A stretch of 64,000 nucleotides of DNA, from contig CBDEFI010000003.1 of the NCBI GenBank assembly GCA_965237375.1, positions 2,308 through 66,307 on the forward strand, written 5' to 3'. The notes under the pieces were generated by a model that ran no database searches, had not been told where the DNA came from, and worked only from the letters and a program-made list of their open reading frames with translations. This document shows, piece after piece, positions 9,899 to 20,500 of the stretch; positions within the stretch are counted from its first letter, which is position 1; every line of letters begins with the position of its first letter. The DNA is from Acidimicrobiales bacterium (lineage in GTDB: Bacteria; Actinomycetota; Acidimicrobiia; Acidimicrobiales; CATQHL01). A program made the position numbers and the translations under genes.

Positions 9899-10583
9899 GG
9901 CGAGCGGCGTCTGGACCGGCTACGACGACATCGACGTCATCAAGGGCCTGGACTTCACCGTCGGCGAGGAGGTTTTCGCCATCCTGGGGGCGAACGGAGC
10001 CGGCAAGACGACGCTGCTCTCGGCCGTTGCGGGACTGCTGCCGCTCACTGCGGGGCGGATCCGGTTCGGCGGCGAGACGCTCTCGGGGATGCCGCCCTGG
10101 CGCATCGCAGCCATGGGTGTCGGTTTCGTGCCCCAGGAGCGGGGCGTGTTTCCCGATCTCACGGTGCTGGAGAACCTACGGGTCGGCGGTCTGGTCGCCA
10201 AGCGGGCGAGCGGCGAGCGCATCGACGAGATCATGGAGCTGTTCCCCGCGCTGGCGGGTCTGCGCAACCAGAAGGCCGGCACCCTCAGCGGCGGGGAGAC
10301 CAAGATGGTGGCCGCCGCCAGGGCCCTGATGCAGGACGCCAAGCTCCTGCTGCTGGACGAGCCGACGGCCGGTCTTGCGCCGCTCTACGTCGAGAACTTC
10401 TTCGACAGGATTCGCCAGATCCACGAGACCAAGGGCGTGGCCATCATCATCACCGAGCAGAACGCCACGAAGGCGCTCGAAGTGGCCGACCGGGCGATGG
10501 TGCTCAGCCTCGGTCAGGCAATGACGATCGTGGGCGCCGAAGACCTCACCACCGACCAACTCCGGAAAGGATACAAAATATGA
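9891..10583 (+). CDS. ABC transporter ATP-binding protein (LivF-like)
   Basis: Walker A GANGAGKTT, signature LSGGETKM, Walker B LLLDEPTAG. Confidence 0.9.
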   Translation: MFEASGVWTGYDDIDVIKGLDFTVGEEVFAILGANGAGKTTLLSAVAGLLPLTAGRIRFGGETLSGMPPWRIAAMGVGFVPQERGVFPDLTVLENLRVGGLVAKRASGERIDEIMELFPALAGLRNQKAGTLSGGETKMVAAARALMQDAKLLLLDEPTAGLAPLYVENFFDRIRQIHETKGVAIIITEQNATKALEVADRAMVLSLGQAMTIVGAEDLTTDQLRKGYKI

Positions 10584-11917
10584 AAACCACACAACGACGG
10601 ACAGCGGGCGCGAAGCGCGCCCGAAGCCGGCTGTGGCGAGCGGGCGCGGTTCTGCTGGCGGTCAGCCTTGTGGCGGCCGCCTGCGGCGACGATGACGAAG
10701 CCGCGGAGGAGGCTGGGCCGATCCTCCTGGGCGACCTCGCCTACTTCACCGGCGACTTCGCCTCGGTCGGCGCCCTACTGGCATCGCAGGTGGACTTCCC
10801 GATCGACGAGGTCATCAACCTGGATCCGCCACTGGGACGCCCCATCGAGGTGATCCACGAGGACATCGGCACGGTTGGCGAGGCCCAGGCGGTCCGCAAG
10901 CTGCTCGAGCAGGACGGGGTCGACATCGTGCTGAGCTCCGCCCACGAGTACTTCACCTACCGGGACTTCATGCTGGACTGGCAGGAGGACAACGACGGGC
11001 CGCTCATGCCGACGGTGCACGGCGGCGTGATCCCCGTGAACGTGGGTGGACGCGCCGGCGAGCCGATCTTCCGGGCACAGGGCAGCGACGAGGGCCAAGG
11101 AGTCACCGACGCTCTGTACGCCGAGGCTCTCGGTGCCTCCTCGGTGGTCATCATGACCACTCCCACCGCCGGCTACCAGCTCACCGCCGAGGCCACCGAG
11201 AAGGCGCTGGACGTCATCGGCATCGAGGTGATCGACCGCATCGATGCGCCGGGCGAGCAGGCCTCGTACCGCACCGAGATACAGCGGGCCGTGGACGCGG
11301 CGCCCGACGCCGTGATCATCCTTGCCCAGGCCACCGAGAGCGCCATCATGGTGAAGCAGTTCGCCGAAGCGGGCTGGGCCGGAACCATCATCGGTGAGGT
11401 CGGCTGGTCCGAACCCGAGTTCGCCGCCACGGCGACCGCCGAGGCCTTGGCGTCGCACGAAGTGGTGGCCTACCCGTCGTTCGACCTCCAGCAGAACCCT
11501 GCCTGGGACTTCTACCAGCCGCTCTGGGACAACGACCCGACCTACACCCAGCACACGTCTGCTGATGACCCCTACTCCTTCACCACCTACGACCTGCTGA
11601 TCGTCACGGCGCTGGCGATCGAGGAGGCGGGCTCGACGAACGGCTCGGACTGGGCGCCGGCCATGTTCGAGGTGTCGTCCGCGCCAGGCACGAGGTGCTA
11701 CACGTACAGCAATTGTCTGGCCCTGATACGGGCGGGCACCGACGTCGATTACGAGGGTGTGACCGGTCCCGCGACCTTCAGCCCCGGCGGTATCAACGCG
11801 GTCATTCCCGTGGTCCGGATCTTCGGCCCCGACGGCGAGATCGCCGAACAGATCGCCGTGGACTCCGAGCGTCACCTCGAGATCCTCGCCCAGGTGGCAT
11901 TCCAGTTCGAGGGCTGA
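10580..11917 (+). CDS. ABC transporter substrate-binding lipoprotein (type I periplasmic binding fold)
   Basis: ATGA overlap with the upstream gene. Signal peptide with lipobox LVAAAC. Confidence 0.85.
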   Translation: MKTTQRRTAGAKRARSRLWRAGAVLLAVSLVAAACGDDDEAAEEAGPILLGDLAYFTGDFASVGALLASQVDFPIDEVINLDPPLGRPIEVIHEDIGTVGEAQAVRKLLEQDGVDIVLSSAHEYFTYRDFMLDWQEDNDGPLMPTVHGGVIPVNVGGRAGEPIFRAQGSDEGQGVTDALYAEALGASSVVIMTTPTAGYQLTAEATEKALDVIGIEVIDRIDAPGEQASYRTEIQRAVDAAPDAVIILAQATESAIMVKQFAEAGWAGTIIGEVGWSEPEFAATATAEALASHEVVAYPSFDLQQNPAWDFYQPLWDNDPTYTQHTSADDPYSFTTYDLLIVTALAIEEAGSTNGSDWAPAMFEVSSAPGTRCYTYSNCLALIRAGTDVDYEGVTGPATFSPGGINAVIPVVRIFGPDGEIAEQIAVDSERHLEILAQVAFQFEG

Positions 11918-11936
11918 TCTCCTCGTAACGAACCTT

Positions 11937-11967
11937 GTGGGTGGGGTCGTTGACCGGCCCCACCCAC
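11937..11967 (+). terminator. Stem-loop terminator candidate after the transporter operon
   Basis: Perfect 10-bp stem GTGGGTGGGG / CCCCACCCAC with an 11-nt loop, 20 nt after the stop. No T-tract. Confidence 0.45.
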
Positions 11968-12055
11968 AACCACCCCCGCCGGGGAACCGAGTACGGGCGC
12001 CTAGGCTCGCCGTTGGTAGGTCCGATGCCCTGATCGGATCGGGAGGATCGCCAAC

Positions 12056-13216
12056 ATGGTCGACGCAACTGCGCAACGCATGCTCTGGACATCGACGAAC
12101 ATGGCGCTGCTCGCCCGGATCGCCACGGAGTTCGCAACCACGCAGCCCTTCGCCGGGCGCCGCATTGGCGTGTCGCTCCATCTCGAGGTCAAGACGGCGG
12201 TTCTGCTCCTTGCCCTCAAAGCGGGAGGCGCCGACATCGTCGCCACCGGCAACTACGGCACCTCCCAGGACGACGTCGTCGCCTACCTCAACGAACAGGG
12301 CATCGACGCTCGCGGCAGCGGATCGGACAGCCTGGAGCGGCACCTGCGCCACGTCGACTCGGTCCTGGACTCGAACCCCGACATCCTCCTCGACAACGGC
12401 GCTGATCTCGCCCGCAAAGCAATCGACCGCGGCCTCACACTCATGGGCGGAACCGAGGAGACAACGTCGGGGCACAACCTTCTCGCCGGAGAACTCGCGC
12501 CCCGTGTGAACTTCCCCGTCATCGTGATCAACGACTCCCCCCTCAAGGCGCTCGTCGAGAACAAACACGCGGTCGGCCAGTCGACCTACGAGTCCTTCTG
12601 CCGGCACACCAACCTCATGCCGCAAGGGAAGCGGTTCATGGTCGCCGGCTACGGCTGGTGTGGACGCGGTATCGCGCACTACATGCGAGCCAACGGGGCT
12701 GAGGTCACCGTCGCCGAAATCGACGAGATCAAAGCTCTCGAAGCGGCACTCGACGGCTTCCGGGTCTCCGACGTTGCCACACTGATCGCCGATGCAGATG
12801 TCGCCATCACCGCCACAGGGGTCGATCGGGTTATCGGCGTCGACGAGTTCAGGAACGCACCGAGTGGGCTCCTACTGGCCAACGCAGGCCACTTCCCCAC
12901 CGAGATCGACGTTCCCGCACTCAACGCACAGACCGCTGAGCGGATCCCTCTCGGCAATGCGCTGGCCCGACACGTTCTCGCAGACGGCAGGGCCATCGAC
13001 CTGATCGCAGAAGGACGGATGTTGAACCTCGCCGGTGACCAACCCAAAGGCAACACCATCGAGTCCATGGACATGGGATTCGCCATGCAGGCACGGTCGC
13101 TCGAACGCGTGGCCCGAGATCATGCGTCGCTTCCCCACGGCGCGCAGCCCGTGCCCGACGACATCAATCGAGCACTCGCTCGCGAGTTCACCCGGCAGAT
13201 GGGCAACCCCGTCTAA
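12056..13216 (+). CDS. Adenosylhomocysteinase-family (short form) NAD-binding hydrolase
   Basis: GGTEETTSG, INDSPLK..ENKHAVGQS and GYGWCGRGIA (NAD site) motifs. Confidence 0.75.
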   Translation: MVDATAQRMLWTSTNMALLARIATEFATTQPFAGRRIGVSLHLEVKTAVLLLALKAGGADIVATGNYGTSQDDVVAYLNEQGIDARGSGSDSLERHLRHVDSVLDSNPDILLDNGADLARKAIDRGLTLMGGTEETTSGHNLLAGELAPRVNFPVIVINDSPLKALVENKHAVGQSTYESFCRHTNLMPQGKRFMVAGYGWCGRGIAHYMRANGAEVTVAEIDEIKALEAALDGFRVSDVATLIADADVAITATGVDRVIGVDEFRNAPSGLLLANAGHFPTEIDVPALNAQTAERIPLGNALARHVLADGRAIDLIAEGRMLNLAGDQPKGNTIESMDMGFAMQARSLERVARDHASLPHGAQPVPDDINRALAREFTRQMGNPV

Positions 13217-13305
13217 CCCGACCAATTGTCGAGCCGGCGCCCGGAGTGGCGGCGGATCTATTAGTCTAGTCATCGGACTAAGTCTTCAGAGAGGGGGACT
13301 GCGGC

Positions 13306-13542
13306 ATGACGTCGGTTGTCAACGTTCACGAAGCCAAGACGCACTTGTCGAGGCTGTTGGAGCGCGCCCACGCGGGGGAGGAGATCATCCTCGCCAAAGC
13401 CGGTAAGCCCTACGCGCGGCTCGTGCCGCTGGCGCCGGACGACAGCGGTCGGCGTCCCGGAAGGCTTCCCGACCTGGTCGTGGGGCCCGAGTTCTTCGAG
13501 CCGCTCCCCGAGGAGGAACTCGAGGCGTGGGGCACGTTGTGA
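13306..13542 (+). CDS. Type II antitoxin, Phd/YefM (prevent-host-death) family
   Basis: 78 aa. VNVHEAKTHLSRLLERAHAGEEIILAKAGKPYARLVPL is characteristic of the family. Confidence 0.85.
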   Translation: MTSVVNVHEAKTHLSRLLERAHAGEEIILAKAGKPYARLVPLAPDDSGRRPGRLPDLVVGPEFFEPLPEEELEAWGTL

Positions 13543-13928
13543 CAAACCTGCTGCTCGACACCCATGCGCTGTTGTGGTGGTGGTCCGACGACCCGTCCTT
13601 GCCGCCAGCCGCCCGGGAGGCGATCTCAGAGTCCGAGTCGACGGTCTTCGTGAGCGCCGCGAGCGCCTGGGAGATCGCCACCAAGATGCGACTCGGCCGC
13701 TTGGCCGCGCACGAAGGTGCCATCTCGCGTTTTGACGAGTTGGTAGCGGCGGACGCCTTCCATCATCTGCCGGTCACGTATCGTCACGGCCTCCACGCGG
13801 GCCGCTACCCGATGAAGCACAACGACCCTTTCGACCGGATGCTGGCCGCTCAGACCGAACTCGAGGTACTCACCCTCGTCACGAGGGACACCGCGTTCGG
13901 GGGGTTCCCGATCAACGTGCTCTGGTGA
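13539..13928 (+). CDS. vapC: Type II toxin, PIN-domain ribonuclease (VapC-like)
   Basis: LLDTHALLWW N-terminus and C-terminal HNDPFDRML..TRD motif. GTG 13539 overlaps the antitoxin TGA as GTGA. Confidence 0.85.
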   Translation: MTNLLLDTHALLWWWSDDPSLPPAAREAISESESTVFVSAASAWEIATKMRLGRLAAHEGAISRFDELVAADAFHHLPVTYRHGLHAGRYPMKHNDPFDRMLAAQTELEVLTLVTRDTAFGGFPINVLW

Positions 13929-14028
13929 CCCGGTGCCGGGCAACCGGCCGTCACCCCTACATCGGAATCGTCCTGTCGTAGTCGTACTTTCTCGGACAGG
14001 AGTCAACAGCCCCGGCGACGAGACCTTG

Positions 14029-14523
14029 TCAGTTGTCCTCGTCGGTGTAGATGCACCACACGCCGGATGCGGCGGCGTAGTGCAGGACGGCGAGCACGTC
14101 GGCCTCGTCACGGCGGGGGTCGAACAACCACCGCCGGAGGTCGGTGCGCCCCTCGTCCGTCCATCCTCCGGAAGGGTCGCGTCGAAGGAGGCCGAGCCCG
14201 GCCGCGGCGAGATCCTCCGGTATCCACCCTTCCCGCCGCAGCAGGACGTGTCCGCACACCTCCACCGCAACCTCCACAGCGTGGGAGACCCAGCGGACCG
14301 GGTCGGGCATCCCGGGCACGAGGCGCGGACCGCCGAGCGGCGAGGGGTCGCCCAAGACGAGCACACCCCGCACAGCACGCGCCGGCGTCCGTGCGAGAGA
14401 GCCGTCAGGGAGCAGAACGGGTCGCAGGTAGGCCTCTTCGCGGGGAGCGGCCTCCACGCGCGTGACCGTATGTGACGCGACCTCCCGGGCATCCTCCGGG
14501 TAGAGGATCAGGTTCTTGAGCAC
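14029..14523 (-). CDS. Hypothetical protein, 164 aa, no family recognised
   Basis: Track ORF. High GC3. GTG start with AGGAGG 6 nt upstream. Confidence 0.6.
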   Translation of the reverse strand: MLKNLILYPEDAREVASHTVTRVEAAPREEAYLRPVLLPDGSLARTPARAVRGVLVLGDPSPLGGPRLVPGMPDPVRWVSHAVEVAVEVCGHVLLRREGWIPEDLAAAGLGLLRRDPSGGWTDEGRTDLRRWLFDPRRDEADVLAVLHYAAASGVWCIYTDEDN

Positions 14524-14884
14524 GACAGCCTCCTAGGTCGGGTGGCCGGGACAGTTGCAAAGAGTTCGTTCCTGCCAGTCCCGGTTCCGTCGAGTCCGCA
14601 CAGGGGGTGTGCGCCATCCACCGCACGAGTCTCCGCCGACGGCACGCATTGTGGGTGCGGTGAGACTAGCGGCGGCGCCGGTTCGCCAAGGGCCAAAATG
14701 CAGTTCACCACCCGCAAGGGCTGACCTCGGAGCCCGACAGTGGTCGCACTTATCCCAATGTCGACTATCGACTAGTCATAGTTTTGTACGCCCATTAATC
14801 CCAGTTCAGTCACAACAGCAGACACCGCCTCGGCCCACGCACCGACACTTTCGACCGCCCCGGTCGCCTCGATGCGGCGACCTG

Positions 14885-16168
14885 CTACGGGCCGAGAGAA
14901 GTGATGGGGGCGACGCACACACCGTCGGGGCGTTCGTAGGCGTAGCCGCCTGCGGTAATCACGATGAGCTTGGCGGGGTCGCCGGTTTTGGCCCGGTCGA
15001 GCTTGGCCCGCAGCCGCAGCAGCGCTTGGGCGCCCTTGTCGATTCCTTCAGCTCCGCCGAGCTTGACCTCCGCCGCGACCCACCTGCCGTCGCGGTGCTC
15101 GACGATCAGGTCAACCTCGAGGTTGTGGCTGTCGCGGTAGTGCGACAGCGAGCACCGGTTCGCCTGGGCGTAGACCTGCATGTCGCGTATCACCATCGAC
15201 TCGAACAGCCGCCCGGCGAATCGCAGATCGCGCATCAACGAGTCGACGTTTGCCCCGAGGGCGGCCACGGTCAACGAAGGATCCGCCAAGTGGACCTTCG
15301 GGGCGCGGCGCGCCTGCGCACGCGAAGCCAGATGCGGCCTCCACGCGGGTACCCCCTCCACCACGAACAGGCGCTCGAGCGCCGCCATGTAGCCGGCGAC
15401 CGTGCGGCGTTCCAACGGCGCGTCCTCGGCAGCCGTCGCCGTGTCCGCAGCGAGTGTGGTGTGCCTCACCTCGGTGGCAACATTGCGTGCGACGGAGGTG
15501 AGCAGCTTCTGCACACGCACCGGGTCTCGCTCGATGCCGTCAACTCTCGACACGTCCGTCCGGCTGATCTCGTCCAGATAGGCCCGGGCGGCGTCGCTCG
15601 CCGTGACCGAATCTGCAGCGCGCAGCTGCGGCCATCCGCCCCGGCACGCGAGCTCGAGCACGTCGCCCAGCGCCAGGCCCGCGTCGGCCGCTGCGCATTC
15701 CTCGCCGTCGAGAAGCTCGTGCAGCGGTACCCGGCCGGCGGACTCCCCGCTCTCGTACAAGCTCATGGGCCGCATCCGAACGCGCATGATCCGCCCGGCG
15801 CCGGAGTGGCGCGTGATGTCGGCGGGCGGGTCGGCGGAGCCGGTCAGGATGAACCGGCCCGGAAGGCCACGAGCGTCGCAGGCCCGCCGCATCGGGTTCC
15901 ACACTCCGGGGGCGAGCTGCCACTCGTCCAGGAGCAGCGGCGGCGCCCCTTCGAGAATCGACGCCGGATCCATCCCTGCTGCCAGCGCCGAATTCGCCCT
16001 CTCGTCCAGGTACACAGCGCTGTTGGCGAACCGACGCCCGGTCCACGTCTTGCCGCACGCCCGGGGCCCCTCCACCACCACCGCGGGCATGGTCCTGAGC
16101 GCTGTGCGCATCTCGTCGTCCACAACCCGCTGCAAGTACCCCTCGGGGGTGATGTCGTCGGGCGCCAT
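14885..16168 (-). CDS. AAA+ ATPase with DUF4143 C-terminal domain (COG1373 family)
   Basis: Walker A GPRACGKTW, Walker B LLLDEWQ, and a C-terminal nuclease-like EVDLIVE..AAEVK region. Confidence 0.85.
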   Translation of the reverse strand: MAPDDITPEGYLQRVVDDEMRTALRTMPAVVVEGPRACGKTWTGRRFANSAVYLDERANSALAAGMDPASILEGAPPLLLDEWQLAPGVWNPMRRACDARGLPGRFILTGSADPPADITRHSGAGRIMRVRMRPMSLYESGESAGRVPLHELLDGEECAAADAGLALGDVLELACRGGWPQLRAADSVTASDAARAYLDEISRTDVSRVDGIERDPVRVQKLLTSVARNVATEVRHTTLAADTATAAEDAPLERRTVAGYMAALERLFVVEGVPAWRPHLASRAQARRAPKVHLADPSLTVAALGANVDSLMRDLRFAGRLFESMVIRDMQVYAQANRCSLSHYRDSHNLEVDLIVEHRDGRWVAAEVKLGGAEGIDKGAQALLRLRAKLDRAKTGDPAKLIVITAGGYAYERPDGVCVAPITSLGP

Positions 16169-16262
16169 CGCAACCCTCCCGGCTCGACTGCGCCACCCAT
16201 TCTATATGATCCGCCAGCAAACTGGCAGTTCATATGCCGTCAAGATGGCAGTTGATACCACC

Positions 16263-17477
16263 TCAGATGATGGCGGTCTCGAGGAAGGGTGCGCCCCGGG
16301 CGATGCGTTCGTAGCCGAGTGGGGTGAGGTCGAGGGTCCGGTATTCGCCACCGATGATGAGTTCGGAGACGCCGCGGCCCATCGCCGGGGACTGCTGGAC
16401 GCCGTGACCGGAGAAGCCGTTGATGAAGATGAAGTTGGTCACCTCGTCGTGGGGGCCGATGACGGCGTTGTGGTCGAGGCTGTTGTGGGCGTAGTGGCCG
16501 GCCCAGGAGGTCCGCAGCTTGATGCGCTCGAACGCCGGGATGCGGTGCGCCAGTACCGGCCACATCTTGTCCTCCCAGACGTCGGGCTCGACGGTGAAGT
16601 CGTCGAACGGCGCAGCCGGGTCGATGTCGGGAGTGCAGCCCGCCACGTAGGCGTCGCCGTCGGTGCGAACGTGCACACCGGTCGGGTCGATGGTGAGCGG
16701 CAGAGCCCGGCTCAGCGGTTCGGCCGCGTCGAAGACGAACGTGTAGCGCTTGCGGGGCTCGACCGGTAGCTCGAGGCCGGCCATCCGGGCGGTGACCGCC
16801 CCGCGCGGCCCCGAGGCGTTCACGATTGTGCCGCAGGCGACGGTCGCGCCCGTGGCCAACCTCACGCCGGTCACGGTGTCACCCGACCGGTCGATCGCGA
16901 CCACCTCGCCGGTCAGGTACTCGACGCCGTTGCGACGGGCCTTGCGCCGCCACCAATCGAACATGGTGACCGAGTCGAACCATCCCTCGTCGACGGTGTT
17001 GAGGCTCCCGCAGACGATGTCGCTGACGTTGTAGAAGGGGTATTCGGCGGCGATCTGTTCGGGAGTCATGATCACCGTGCCCGCGCCCAGCGACGCCTGG
17101 AGCCGCCGGCCGGCCCGCAACGCCGCGGCGAACTGGTCGTCGCCGGCGAGATACATGTAGCCGAAGTGATGAACGGCCAGGTCCGGCACTTCGGGGTCGT
17201 TACCCATGTGGCAGCGGAAGTTACCGACGTACTCGGCGCTGAACTGCGAGATCCGGATGTTGAGTTCGTTGGAGTACTGCTGGCGCATGCAACTGTTGGT
17301 GTGCGACGTGGAGCACTTCTCGTAGGTCGGATCGCGCTCGACAACGAGGATCGTTCCGTCGAAGTGGGGATCGGCGGACAGGAACCAGGCCACCGAGGAG
17401 CCCATGATGGCGCCGCCCACGATCACGACGTCGTAGGACGATCGTCGGGGGGTGGTGGTCAGCGGTGGGGTGCTCAC
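16263..17477 (-). CDS. FAD-dependent oxidoreductase (DAO / sarcosine oxidase beta-like)
   Basis: YDVVIVGGAIMGSSVAWFL dinucleotide fold. Start trimmed to GTG 17477 within track ORF 16263..17813. Confidence 0.85.
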   Translation of the reverse strand: MSTPPLTTTPRRSSYDVVIVGGAIMGSSVAWFLSADPHFDGTILVVERDPTYEKCSTSHTNSCMRQQYSNELNIRISQFSAEYVGNFRCHMGNDPEVPDLAVHHFGYMYLAGDDQFAAALRAGRRLQASLGAGTVIMTPEQIAAEYPFYNVSDIVCGSLNTVDEGWFDSVTMFDWWRRKARRNGVEYLTGEVVAIDRSGDTVTGVRLATGATVACGTIVNASGPRGAVTARMAGLELPVEPRKRYTFVFDAAEPLSRALPLTIDPTGVHVRTDGDAYVAGCTPDIDPAAPFDDFTVEPDVWEDKMWPVLAHRIPAFERIKLRTSWAGHYAHNSLDHNAVIGPHDEVTNFIFINGFSGHGVQQSPAMGRGVSELIIGGEYRTLDLTPLGYERIARGAPFLETAII

Positions 17478-17520
17478 GGTGTTGCCGCCCTCCGATGCTC
17501 CGCCCTCGGACGCGCAACGC

Positions 17521-20500
17521 TCAGACGACGTAGCCCTGGAGCCGGTCGTTCGCCGCTGCGGCCGGGTCCCGGTCGGCCGGGTCCCCGAAGCCGCCACCGC
17601 CGGGCAACTCCAGCACGAGCCGCCGACCGGCGGGCACCGTGTACCTGCCCTTGCCCGCGAAGGGTGTCCCGTCGTCGAGGTAGACCCGGCCGGGGGCGCC
17701 GTCGCCGCCGCCGGCGCGGCCACGCGCCGGGTTGTCGATCCGGTCGAACATGGCGGAGAACTCGAACAGGTAGCCGTCGGTCGGCCCGATCTCCATGATC
17801 TGTCCCAGGCCACCGCGCCGACGACCCGCCCCGCCGCTACCGGCCCTGATCTCCTTGCGCCAGACCACGATCGGTCCGACCTGCTCGGTGGCCTCGGCGC
17901 TCATCGTCATCACGCCGGACGGGAAGGCGGTGGCGGTGAGCCCGTCGAGGGTGGGCCGGGCGCCGGTGCCCCCGCTGTTGAACATGAGTATCTCCACCGG
18001 CGGTCGCGGGCTGGCCCGGTCGGCCGCCCGGGCGCCGGCCTGGAAGTTCCATATCGCGCCGGATCCTTCGGCGGGGACGACGTCGGGCAGGGCCTGCGCC
18101 AGGGCACCCAGGCTCAGGTCGGTGACGAAGTGGCCGATGACGTGGCGCACCGCAATCGGGTCCGGCTCGGTGGCGTTGAGGATGACCCCTGGCGGCGCGC
18201 TCACCGTGAACGGCAGCAGCGACGCATGGTTGTTGGGCAGCTCCGGCGCCAGTGCCACCAGCATCCCGTAGGTGAAGTAGGCCTGCGCGTAGGTGATCGG
18301 CACGTTGATGCCGAAGGGGCTGGTGGGTGACGTGCCGGCGAAGTCGGCGTGCATCCCGTCGGGCCCCACGGTGAGCGCCACGCGCAGATCGACGGGCTCG
18401 CCGTAGCCGTCCACCCGCATCTCGTTGCTGTACTCCCCCGGGGGCACCGCCGCCAGGGCGTTCAGCGTGGCCCGCCGCGTCCGGTCGAACACGAACCCGG
18501 CCAGCTCCTCGAGATCAGCGATGCCGAACTCGTCGAACATGGCACCGAGGCGCCGGCGACCGATCTCGTTGCAGGCGGCCAGACCGTGCAGGTCGCCGAT
18601 CACGTGGTCGGCCTCTCGCACGTTGTGGCGCACGATGTTGACGAGATCGCGGTTGAGCCGGCCCCGGTCGGCCCAGCACATGATGGGGATCCGCAACCCC
18701 TCCTCGTACACCTCGCGGGCGTCGGGGCCCCAGCCCCGACCGCCGACATCCACCACGTGGGCGGTCGAGGCGAAGAAGCCCACGAGATTTTCGCCCATGA
18801 ACACCGGGGTGGTGGCGGTGAAATCGTGGAGGTGCCCCGTGCCCTTCCACGGGTCGTTGGTGATGTAGACGTCGCCCGGCCCGATGTTCTCCGGTCCGAT
18901 GTCGTTGATGAAGTGCCCCACTGCGGCGGCCATGGTGTTGACGTGGCCCGGCGTCCCGGTCACGGCCTGGGCGATCATGCGCCCGCTGCGGTCGAACACG
19001 CCCGCCGACAGGTCGCCGGCCTCGCGCACCGACGTGGCGAAGGCGGTGCGCACCAGCGTCAGGGCCTGCTCCTCGACGACGGAGATGAGACGGTTCCACA
19101 TCACCTGGAGTTCGACCTCCCGTGCCCGGCCGCGGCGGCTGTCCTCCCGCAGGCCGCCGGCGCGGTCCCCCCGGGCGATCCGCAGGGTCAGGTCGCCGAG
19201 CACGACCGCTACGTGGTGCGATCCCAGGACGGTGGTGGTCTGTTCCTCGACGATCACGGCCGGGCCGGGCACGGTGTCGCCAGGGACGAGCGCCGCCCGC
19301 TCCACGACGGCGGCGTCGGCCCAGCCACCCGCGTCGTGGACCGGGCGGCGGACCGACGGGATGACGTCGCGCCGGACGCCGACGGGCGGAACGACCGGGG
19401 GTCGCGTCCGGTCGGAGACGACCCGCACCGACCAGCTCACCGCCTCGATCGCTACGTCGTCGATGGCGCGTCCGAAGAACGTCTCGTACGCGTTGGTGAA
19501 GGCGGCACGCAGGGACTCCGCGGCGACGGTGTCGAAGTCGCCGGGTGGTAGCGCCACCGGGATCTCCCAGCCCTGGCCCCGGTAGCGCATGGAAACCTCA
19601 CGCTGCACCGTGACCGTCCCCCCGGTGCCCCGGCGCACGAACGCCTGCGCCTCGGCGGTCAGCTGGTCGATGGTGTCGGCCACTCCGGCGGTGTCGAAGT
19701 CGTCGGTGCTGGTGTAGAAACTCCTCGCCGCCTCGTACGAGAACGGCGCCAGCAGGAAGCCGATGGCCGAGCCCACGCCGGCGCCGACGGGCACGAGCAC
19801 CTCGTCGAGGCCGAGCTTGTCCATGAGACGCGTGGCGTGCACCGGCGCCGCACCGCCGAACGCCACCATCGAGAAGCCGGCGAGGTCCACGCCGTTCTCC
19901 ACGGCATGGACGCGCGCCGCGTTCGCCATGTTCTCGTCCACCACCTCTGCAACGCCCACCGCCGCGGTGTCGGTGTCGAGGCCGAGAGGTGCCGCGATGG
20001 CGCCGAGCGCCTCGGTGGCGTTGGAGGGCGCCAGCGAGATGTCCTTGGCGCCGAAGGTGTCGGGATGAAGCCGGCCCAGACGAACGTTGGCGTCGGTCAC
20101 GGTGGGGTCGGTCCCGCCGAGGTCGTACGCCGCCGGTCCGGGTTCGGAGCCGGCGCTGTGCGGCCCGACACGGATCTGTCCGAGCGCATCCACCGTGGCG
20201 ATGGAGCCGCCGCCGGCGCCGATCTCCAGCATCTCGATCACCGGGATCGAGATGGGCATGCCGCTGCCCTTCTTGAAGCGGCTGGTGCGGGCCGCCTCGA
20301 ACTTCTTCGCCGTGCGCGGCTCGTAGTCCTCGATGAGCGCGATCTTCGCCGTCGTGCCGCCCATGTCGAACGAGACGATGCGGTCGCGGCCGTGGCGGGC
20401 CGCCAGATCAGCGGCGAACACGGCGCCACCCGCCGGACCGGACTCGATGAGGCGTACCGGGAAAGAAGCCGCTGTGTCGAGGCTCAGAAGGCCGCCGCCG

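Noticed and set aside
16263-17813. Long N-terminal extensions in track ORFs (also 17521-21408, 32472-34808, 31306-32775, 29994-31601, 39777-40625, 44382-45092, 51638-53344 and 55543-56823)
   Set aside because: The extensions overlap upstream genes, are Arg/Pro/Ser-rich out-of-context sequence, and lie upstream of better starts (SD plus ATG/GTG, or GTGA coupling). They were trimmed rather than reported as domains.
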